Source of the DNA: Faecousia sp.
Lineage (GTDB): Bacteria > Bacillota > Clostridia > Oscillospirales > Oscillospiraceae
Assembly (NCBI GenBank): GCA_045595945.1
Contig: JAZOBL010000011.1
Span: 852-64,851, forward strand
Direction of reading: 5' to 3'
DNA length: 64,000 nucleotides
The notes under the pieces are model-generated. The model was given only the letters and a program-made list of their open reading frames with translations. It was not told the DNA's origin and did no database searches. Both the position numbers and the translations under genes were made by a program. Shown here piece by piece: positions 58,501-64,000 of the stretch. Position 1 is the first letter of the stretch; the number at the start of each line of letters is the position of its first letter.

Positions 58501-61221
58501 CTCAATAGTAAGTTTATAGGAATCAGTTATTGTATTGTACCGATCATCCGCAGGCTTTGTCGCCTTAATGGTAACAACACCGGACTTCAGAATGGTTACA
58601 ACGCCTGTGGTCTCGTTTACTTCCACAGCATCTCCACTAAAGGTGTATACAACATCTTTACTAGACTGGCCACCTGTTGCCACAAGAGTATACTGGTTGT
58701 TGTTATCGTTATAGGTAACGTCAACAGTCTCGGTTTCACCAAAGCCAAAGTTTTCCTGATTCTTACGCAGGACCTCAATCTCGGTTTCTACCATAGCAGA
58801 AGTATTATAGCAATCGTCGCCAGCCTTTTGCACCTGGAGGGTGAAGGTACCAGCCTTCAGCAGGGTGATCTTGCCAGTAGCGGGATCAACACTTGCAACA
58901 TCGCTATCACCCTTAACGCTCCAAGTAAGAGCACCTTTGCCTAAGCCGTTCTTGAGAGCCAGAGCGCCCCAGAGCTCTTCCTGCCAGGTCACAGTAGCGG
59001 GAGGATTATCGAAACCGAAATCAGGCTGATCTGCCTTGTTTACGGTCAATGTATAGGTAGCAGTAATGTCTTCGTAGTGTTCACCACTCAGAGTAGCGGT
59101 AATCTCAACGGTACCTGCCTTAAGAATGGTCAGTGTACCATCACTATTCAAGGTTGCAACAGTGGGATCACTGATGCTGTATTCGAGAGTGCCAGCCTGA
59201 CCACCGGTAGGAGTCAGAATGGTATAAACATTGTTATTATCACCGTAGGTAATAGTATCAGAATCTACGGAGAAATCAAAACCAGCCTGTTTCAATGTGA
59301 TATTGCTGGGATCAACGGACATCGTAACGGTCTGCTCAAAGTTACCGTCATTGTTCCAGTCGAACTGCCAGGTGTAGTTCATATTTCTGCCGTAGCCAAT
59401 AAACTGATCAAGATACTCAGCGGTAACCAAGCCCCAGAGCTGCATAGTATCATTGGTTCCGTCGTCAGGAGCATAAGCCATAGCCTCAGTCCAACCCTCA
59501 GCAGTCTTACGACGGTACTTGATGTTTTCTAGATCAGTACCAGAAGGAGCGGTAACCTTAATGCCGGCCCACCAGCCGTCCTGACCGCGACCGATCTCGG
59601 GTTTCGCTTCGGACCAAGAGAGTGTCACATCTTTGATAAGTACAGAGGCTTCGCCCGTGCCACTGCCGGTAACTGTACCATTGGTCAAAGGAGTAACAAC
59701 ACCCAAAGTAGGATACACCTGAACATTGTTCTCGTTCAGCAGAGTAACCTTGCTGGCATCGACTTTCATTGTGAGCTGCTGCTCATATTCACCGTCCTGA
59801 TTCCAGTCAAAACGATACTGCAAAGTCAGGATGCCGTCATTGTCATTTGCAATCAGTTCAGGCGTAACAAGACACCACATGGTCAAATAACGGGCAGTAT
59901 CTGCAGCATTCTTATCGGAATCCTGAGCATTCCAGAAGGATTTAGCTTCGGACCATGTGCCGTTCTCATAACGCTGATATTTGATGTTGCCACACACTGC
60001 TTCTGTAGTCATGCTTGTGGGGGCAGTAATCTTGGCGCCAACCCACCAGCCATCTTGATTCCGGCCGACAGCAGGATTTGCCTCATTCCAATTCAGCGTA
60101 ATGTTCTCGAACGTGATAACACTATTGGCTGTTTCACTGCCGGTAACACTACCCTGGGTAATAGGCTCTGCAGCACCATACTGCAAAGGCAGCTGCTGAA
60201 TACCGTTTTTCATCAGTTTAACGGTGGTAGCATCAACCTTCATAGTAAGAGTTTGCTCATAAATGCCGTCCCCGTTCCAATCAAAGCGATACTGATAAGT
60301 CAGAACATTATCGTTATCATTGGCAATCAGCTCGGGAGTGATGAGACCCCACATAGTCAGATAACGAGCTGTGTCTGCCACAGCCTTGTCAGAGTCCTGT
60401 GCATTCCAGAAAGACTTTGCAGCAGACCAGCCATCAGCACCATAGCTCTGATAGGTTACATTGGTAAAATCAGTTTCTTTTGTCAGTTCAGAAGGAGCAG
60501 TGATCTTCATGCCGACCCACCAGCCGTCTTGATTCCGCCCAACAGCGGGATCTGCTGCATCCCAATTCAGAGTGATATTGCCATAGGTAACAGTTGTGGA
60601 GTTGCCGTTTGCAGAGATGGAAGCACCATCAGTAATGCCGACAACAGTACCATTTCCAATAGGGGCAGCGGGATAAACCTGTTGACCTTCGCTATTAAGG
60701 AGAACCGTCCGGGCTGCTTCGATGTCAAGCACAACAGTCTGTTCAAATACACCATCGCCATCCCAGTCGAATGTCCAGGTGTAGGTAGATAGGCCATCAG
60801 TTTGACCCGCGCTGCGCAGATAGTCCTCTTTCACCAGACTCCATAAACCGATCCACTGAACCTCGGCATCGTCTGCAGAATCGTTATAATCCTTAAACAG
60901 TTTTGCCTCGCCACCGCTAGTATACTTTGCGGTTTCGATGTTGATGGTTTCGGGAGCAGTAACCTTCAGTCCAACCCACCATCCATCAGACATTCTTCCA
61001 ACGGATTCGTCCTTTGCAATCCAGTTCAGAGTGCCACCATAGGTAGCTTTCACCTCTGACCCTGAGGAATTGATCACCACACCGTCGGTAAAGCTTTCTA
61101 CAATGCCATATGCGGGTGTCGGCTCAATCGCAAAAACACTTGTAGGAACCATACCCAGCACCATGATAATGCTAAGAGCCAGTGCAACGAGTCTGTTTCC
61201 GAGAGAATTTGTTGTTCTCAT
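52591..61221 (-). CDS. 2876-aa cell-surface protein with N-terminal Trp-rich repeats, Ig-like repeats and C-terminal TM anchor
   Basis: Signal peptide ending VFA; Big_2-like segments; many DxxxP-bounded Ig-like units; TM plus KRKKDKK tail, no LPxTG. Confidence 0.88.
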   Translation of the reverse strand: MRTTNSLGNRLVALALSIIMVLGMVPTSVFAIEPTPAYGIVESFTDGVVINSSGSEVKATYGGTLNWIAKDESVGRMSDGWWVGLKVTAPETINIETAKYTSGGEAKLFKDYNDSADDAEVQWIGLWSLVKEDYLRSAGQTDGLSTYTWTFDWDGDGVFEQTVVLDIEAARTVLLNSEGQQVYPAAPIGNGTVVGITDGASISANGNSTTVTYGNITLNWDAADPAVGRNQDGWWVGMKITAPSELTKETDFTNVTYQSYGADGWSAAKSFWNAQDSDKAVADTARYLTMWGLITPELIANDNDNVLTYQYRFDWNGDGIYEQTLTMKVDATTVKLMKNGIQQLPLQYGAAEPITQGSVTGSETANSVITFENITLNWNEANPAVGRNQDGWWVGAKITAPTSMTTEAVCGNIKYQRYENGTWSEAKSFWNAQDSDKNAADTARYLTMWCLVTPELIANDNDGILTLQYRFDWNQDGEYEQQLTMKVDASKVTLLNENNVQVYPTLGVVTPLTNGTVTGSGTGEASVLIKDVTLSWSEAKPEIGRGQDGWWAGIKVTAPSGTDLENIKYRRKTAEGWTEAMAYAPDDGTNDTMQLWGLVTAEYLDQFIGYGRNMNYTWQFDWNNDGNFEQTVTMSVDPSNITLKQAGFDFSVDSDTITYGDNNNVYTILTPTGGQAGTLEYSISDPTVATLNSDGTLTILKAGTVEITATLSGEHYEDITATYTLTVNKADQPDFGFDNPPATVTWQEELWGALALKNGLGKGALTWSVKGDSDVASVDPATGKITLLKAGTFTLQVQKAGDDCYNTSAMVETEIEVLRKNQENFGFGETETVDVTYNDNNNQYTLVATGGQSSKDVVYTFSGDAVEVNETTGVVTILKSGVVTIKATKPADDRYNTITDSYKLTIEKDEQDFTFVHDKAIEEKYGLTSFETKITPSALNSGVITYAVSNNTIGATVNSSGLVSFANSTGKAGTVTVTVTMVEDDCYKACSKSYTITLDYESTPSTPYALYGDKIISGSSWFTGDVKIYAPNDYQISYSNDLTDNEWENYVEWKIDGETGTWAAGSEPVVYLKNSKTGAITDAIPVSDLKRDTVKPNGLAISYDVSVWATIGEKLFGFNASTVKVTVTAADSLSGIGKMEYSLDEGNTYTEIAASNGNYEFSVPSQYRRQLWMRATDVAGNAEVYKHLKDDKDAVLIVDHTEPGLTVLYSGGMDDEATNGIRYVKSKDGVKVVFEITDENFDLREVDPTVVVIRNNEATPVVLMNGDAEATWIFDATSGKLTFDLVEEGDYIIKAEFADRLYDENNPDSSNRKVTYESEVRIDRKKPVIESTIENGKYYTENQNFVLTITEHNFDADKVNLAISAVDSKGAAVLSAAEIQAFADLAKNPDKWIPVAGTDKHQLTLDIAKDGNYTVTVNFTDVLDWVADEYATEFTLDKVAPTAPVITYKTVKDEIILGKLFGFSKETVRVSIQTSDVTSGVDFIKLSLYPAGPSDATTLTMPINLEIYADGTVRTGEKGFIGNIDVVGNSDNLTLSFDVPVQFRGTIYADAYDKAMWNKETFEEKEIVVDDIAPDVVIEFTGDRQDSVKADIGNTITRETMSTPDATTRFIYNGNVTATIKIKEANFFKEIDMPITVIRDGQTVTTGFTDSGWSNEPDAAGYYVRTIVLQDDGDYRIKASYKDHSLNDMEWGSNEGSNEYAQSGVYNYESNIHSIDTKAPVYEVTYDNNEVIQTLNGRAYFKANREATIKVTDRNFRPNEVVFNVTATDIAGNAVTYTYSDLKSWSDWTKGTDGITWTATVPFAPDANYTVSFSYDDLANHKMVNKDNVEEVYNAEFTVDTKIPTGLKVEYKSKDAQVLNKILNAITFGNYKAAQEVVLTMTDATAGIDYIELTVTPEGPASATNLVMPENLVVNADGSVKSGTKGFIGTIRSSANNGDLTLSFDVPAQFRGKISFVAYDKSSNHSDSHADPGVLVVDTIAPGHTISYNPSNVVNVSDMKDMTGFDAANGITDITSTDSSYVMYFSGDAVATIKIDEANFDPSVVKIEVLDGNGDAVQGWTQTDWTTVTEAGKADSHTKTVTIPAEGDYQLKVYYQDHSMNTPVDYLSQWIVVDKTAPVIDVKYSNTDVKNTIENRDYFSATQTATITIKEHNFRADDVVIKVTAKDVLNADVLTLNADGTVKAYADQGADRKSWTSYEAGTWRVKDDAFIITLNYTTDANYTFDIEYQDLAKNVAADYEQDLFTVDVTAPKNLTVDYSTSVFEQIKESITFGYYNAMMTVTITAEDDTSGIYHFAYSYIKGKDVSGVNAELLDQAIKEAEITYDGKKATATFNIPKMVLGADNQFNGTVEFTAFDRSEITTELKDSTVIVVDNITPTSKITYNAPVQTANGISYYDGNINATIVINEANFDAKDVVVTVTKDGENFPVNVSWKDDSVDTHTGTFTLTKDGDYIVSVQYKDKSGNQMTSYKSNELTLDATKPTIKVSNIKANSANKDEKYGFVITVNDTNLDASSLKPVLKAVVQKEEGVYVTMDIDLGDAKTVVNGQTYTYTIEDLPDDGFYTLTCEVKDMSANGMSQIVLDDGESYDQVQFSVNRNGSAFGYGNKFTEELVGQYYIYSVDEDVVIVEVNVDPIEEYKVSLNGKELTEGTDYTTTQTSKDGEWSKRTYTIKKSLFEAEGEYSIIVTSTDKTATTAFSDVKNLSLAFVVDQTKPVLTITGLEAGGRYQTNAQTVTLIPTDEGGRLNSLTVLVLDSNGNPLKDDSGADISVRFEMSGEELLKYLEENDGKVTFTVPEGLNNQVKIVCNDCAVNAEDLTNEYNELFERVTVSQNQLVIFYANTPLFVGTIVGVLAVAGLIVFLIKRKKDKKNKTAAKA

Positions 61222-61721
61222 TTTGTACTCTCTCCTTTATCTGTAGAGTTCGCTTTCTTTTGTTCCAGCACCTGCCGGACCTTGATCTGATTTTTTGCGT
61301 GGAAGTATATCCTTCCATTCAATACACAGTGCATACAAAAGGAAAAGATAGTAGTTGCTATGAAGATGTAGCATATGTATCCATATCCTTTTGTGAGTAT
61401 AAAAGCCAAGATCATTGCAACAAAACTAATTATCATAGATCTATCTGCAATAATTGCTGCCGCGTTTGACCCGAACGAAAGCAATCCGTTCTTTGGCTTT
61501 TGCATTTTCTTCCGTTTAACTGTGTATGACTTGAAGAACGCCCGGCGCCTAACCTCTAAAACTATCTGTAGTATGAGGCCAAGCACTAAGCTAAGCCAAA
61601 ACAGCAAACCAGGAAGAATGGTTATTGACTCAATGGGCATTAGTAAGAAGCTGATAGACATTATCAGAAAACATCCTACAGATACACCCAAAAGTATCCG
61701 ATCAATTTGTCTTTGCTTCAC
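61218..61721 (-). CDS. 4-TM membrane protein
   Basis: Four hydrophobic segments; overlaps start of giant gene. Confidence 0.75.
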   Translation of the reverse strand: MKQRQIDRILLGVSVGCFLIMSISFLLMPIESITILPGLLFWLSLVLGLILQIVLEVRRRAFFKSYTVKRKKMQKPKNGLLSFGSNAAAIIADRSMIISFVAMILAFILTKGYGYICYIFIATTIFSFCMHCVLNGRIYFHAKNQIKVRQVLEQKKANSTDKGESTK

Positions 61722-61732
61722 CAGACTGCCTC

Positions 61733-62257
61733 CTATGCGATCACTTCACTAGTGTGAATGAAGGTAATCTCATATTCAACAGTAAAGGCTTGAACAGGCT
61801 GCTCTGCAGGAGCAAGGACCTCGGTTTCACCAGCAACGGGAGCTAGAACATCTGTTTCTCCAGCAGCAGGCGACAAAACATCGGTCTCACCGACAGGCTG
61901 ATCCAACACATCTGTTTCTCCAACAGGCTGTTCAAGCTCCATAGTGGAGATCTTCTCAGTAATAACACCTGTTCCAAACGGCGTTGCATCTCTAGGCATA
62001 AGACGTCCGGACTGAGAAATCTTATCTGTGAGCTTTCCGCGCTCTAGATTGACCGCACTAGACTGGTAGGTCTTATCGCCAGACTGTTCATTCTGCATCC
62101 GAATGTTTTCTATCGCTTTTCTGGCTGTTCTACCGGTCAAGTCGCTGATAACCTTCGGAATTTTTAGTGTAAAGAACAGGACAACTGCAATCGCGAAGAA
62201 AACACCACAAGCAATCAAAGCACCAAGGAATATGTATCGGTACATTTCATACGACAT
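61733..62257 (-). CDS. Single-TM protein with four GET(D/E)VL repeats
   Basis: N-terminal TM; 10-aa tandem repeats; GGAGG RBS. Confidence 0.8.
   Translation of the reverse strand: MSYEMYRYIFLGALIACGVFFAIAVVLFFTLKIPKVISDLTGRTARKAIENIRMQNEQSGDKTYQSSAVNLERGKLTDKISQSGRLMPRDATPFGTGVITEKISTMELEQPVGETDVLDQPVGETDVLSPAAGETDVLAPVAGETEVLAPAEQPVQAFTVEYEITFIHTSEVIA
61811..61930. repeat. Four 30-bp tandem repeats (QPVGETDVL-type)
   Basis: Visible in protein and DNA with synonymous divergence. Confidence 0.85.
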
Positions 62258-62269
62258 ATCTATCCCTCC

Positions 62270-64000
62270 TTACTGCGCGGTCTGCACTCTGCTGATTGTC
62301 TCAGCAGTAGATGCTTGCAACTGTTTAACCAGATTCTGAATGTCAGGACTGGAATTATCAATCGCAGCAGCACCATTCTGAATTTCCTGCAGAAGTGACG
62401 TCAAAGTAGCGGGATCCGTAACTTCGAGGAAGTCACTGATATTGCCGTTTACTAGACTGTCAATTTCGATCCAAACCTGCAGTTTGTAGTCAGTTACATA
62501 ACCTTCTGCTTTCGACTTTAGGTTCTGAAGCATCTGCCAAAGGTTCTCGCGCTGTTCCTTCAGCGCTTGAGTCTGAATAACCTTACTACCGTGCAACTCG
62601 TTGATCTTGGTCGTACACTGAGAAATGTCACAGAAGATAGCGGCAATGCTGCCATTATCGGTGCCATTGTCCCGCATATACTGGAACCACTTAGCTGCGT
62701 TGGCATATCTGTCTCTGTCAATACCGGTATCGTAGTAGGACAGAAGGCTCCAACCAATGTTGAAGCATACCTCATCATAGCCGGCAGGATTAGCCTCTTT
62801 CAGTTCTGTCATAGCATCAATCGTTTGAATGAAGCCACCGGCACCAGCTTGATCAAATCCCGCAAGCAGCTTCTGAATCTGCTTTCCTTCTTCTTTTGTC
62901 AAAATATAGTCGGAAGTCAGGAACTCGTTAAGCTGCAGATATGCCTCAGTACGGGTGGGATCGGTCATGATCGCTTCGTAGTAGTCTTCAACAGACTCTG
63001 CTTCCAAAAGGATCTGATCGTAGTTTTCGCCCTTCTTCTGTTCTGCAGAAAGGTAGCCCCAAATGGAAGTCAATCCAAACACTAAAGACAGCACCAACAT
63101 TGCGATGAATGTAGTCAGCTTCTTCTTTTGGCGTTTCTTGAAATCCTCATCTTCCTCCAGATAATGTTCCAATGCGAACATCAGCTCTGCAGCAGATTGA
63201 TAGCGGTCGTTAGGGTCTCGCTGGCAGCATTTTAAGATGATTTTTTCAAGACCTGCGGAAAGACCGGGGTTAATATCTCGAATGGGTTTAATTTCGTAGG
63301 GAGGCTCGCAGGGGTTCATACCGGTTACCAAATGGTAAAGAGTTGCACCCAAGCAGTAAATATCGGTTCTGGCATCCGTCTGACCCATACCGCCGAATTG
63401 TTCCGGAGCAGCATAGCCAACCGTACCCAAGCAAGTGGTATCCGCCAGATTTTTTTCTTTGTACTCACGAGCTGTACCGAAGTCGATCAGCGTTACGTTG
63501 CCGTCAGGCTTCAGCATAATATTTGCCGGTTTCATGTCACGGTAGATAATTGCCGGTGTTCTTGTATGCAGGTAGTTCAGAACATCACAGAGCTGCTTTG
63601 CCCAAATAATGACATTCTCCTGCGGCTGGGCACCGAATTCCTCCAGTGCCTTGTTCAAGGAGTTACCCTGAATGTAGTCCATGATAATGATGAAGGACTC
63701 ATCCGTATCAATAACATCAATGATGCTGGGCAGGTTGGGGTGGCTGAGCTTCTTCAGAATATCTGTTTCTGCCACAAGACCCTGTTTAACAACCTCGAAG
63801 TCCCGGACACCGTCCTTACGGACTTCCTTAACTGCCCATTGTTTATTCGCCTTTTCGTTCATGGCGAGGTAAACAACGCTCATACCGCCCTGACCGACTT
63901 TGTTTAGTATTTTATACTTGCCGTCAACAAGTGAGCCTATTTCAGCAGGTGTATGCATATTTTTGAGTGGAATTGAAATAAGAACCGTTGGAACGCCTGC
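62270..64000 (-). CDS. Hanks-type membrane Ser/Thr kinase; reading frame open to window edge
   Basis: GQGGMSVV, AVK, YRDMKPAN, DFG, APE; TM; helical ectodomain; 14 extra in-frame codons upstream of ATG 63958. Confidence 0.92.
   Translation of the reverse strand, partial: AGVPTVLISIPLKNMHTPAEIGSLVDGKYKILNKVGQGGMSVVYLAMNEKANKQWAVKEVRKDGVRDFEVVKQGLVAETDILKKLSHPNLPSIIDVIDTDESFIIIMDYIQGNSLNKALEEFGAQPQENVIIWAKQLCDVLNYLHTRTPAIIYRDMKPANIMLKPDGNVTLIDFGTAREYKEKNLADTTCLGTVGYAAPEQFGGMGQTDARTDIYCLGATLYHLVTGMNPCEPPYEIKPIRDINPGLSAGLEKIILKCCQRDPNDRYQSAAELMFALEHYLEEDEDFKKRQKKKLTTFIAMLVLSLVFGLTSIWGYLSAEQKKGENYDQILLEAESVEDYYEAIMTDPTRTEAYLQLNEFLTSDYILTKEEGKQIQKLLAGFDQAGAGGFIQTIDAMTELKEANPAGYDEVCFNIGWSLLSYYDTGIDRDRYANAAKWFQYMRDNGTDNGSIAAIFCDISQCTTKINELHGSKVIQTQALKEQRENLWQMLQNLKSKAEGYVTDYKLQVWIEIDSLVNGNISDFLEVTDPATLTSLLQEIQNGAAAIDNSSPDIQNLVKQLQASTAETISRVQTAQ

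Larger units (their letters stand above)
43245..64000. mobile_element. Genomic island at tRNA-Arg(CCT); right boundary not seen and full extent uncertain
   Basis: tRNA, then integrase and xis, then AT-rich accessory genes. Confidence 0.65.

Noticed and set aside
1-64000. Many long ORFs antisense to recognisable genes (e.g. 23-709, 28241-29803, 53485-54903)
   Set aside because: They shadow well-supported genes on the opposite strand and have no motifs or RBS

Overview
Chromosomal window from a Bacillota/Clostridia organism (gene content and order suggest Oscillospiraceae; inference) with four parts. (1) 1-20.2 kb: housekeeping backbone (partial dnaE, whiA, murB, a PyrF-like protein lacking the catalytic motif, a ClpE/C ATPase, truA, an ECF transporter module, PBP1A, probable 6S RNA, a parvulin-type PPIase). 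(2) 20.3-40.8 kb: minus-strand carbohydrate-degradation cluster (GH106-like, GH127-like fused to an FGE/SUMF1 domain, esterases, two deacetylases, three DUF4838-like paralogs with graded membrane anchoring). (3) 41-43.3 kb: secG, prfB and a tRNA-Arg(CCT) locus where two 5'-half tRNA fragments precede one complete tRNA. (4) 43.3-64 kb: an island with tyrosine integrase and Xis, a ~1.5 kb non-coding region holding three paralogous promoter / structured RNA / terminator units plus phased repeats, an AT-rich array of membrane and lipoprotein genes, a 2876-aa surface protein, and a membrane Ser/Thr kinase whose frame runs off the window edge into M42-peptidase-like sequence. The best candidates for undescribed biology are the ncRNA cassette and the nested tRNA fragments beside the integrase. 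All calls are by eye; no searches or folding were run.
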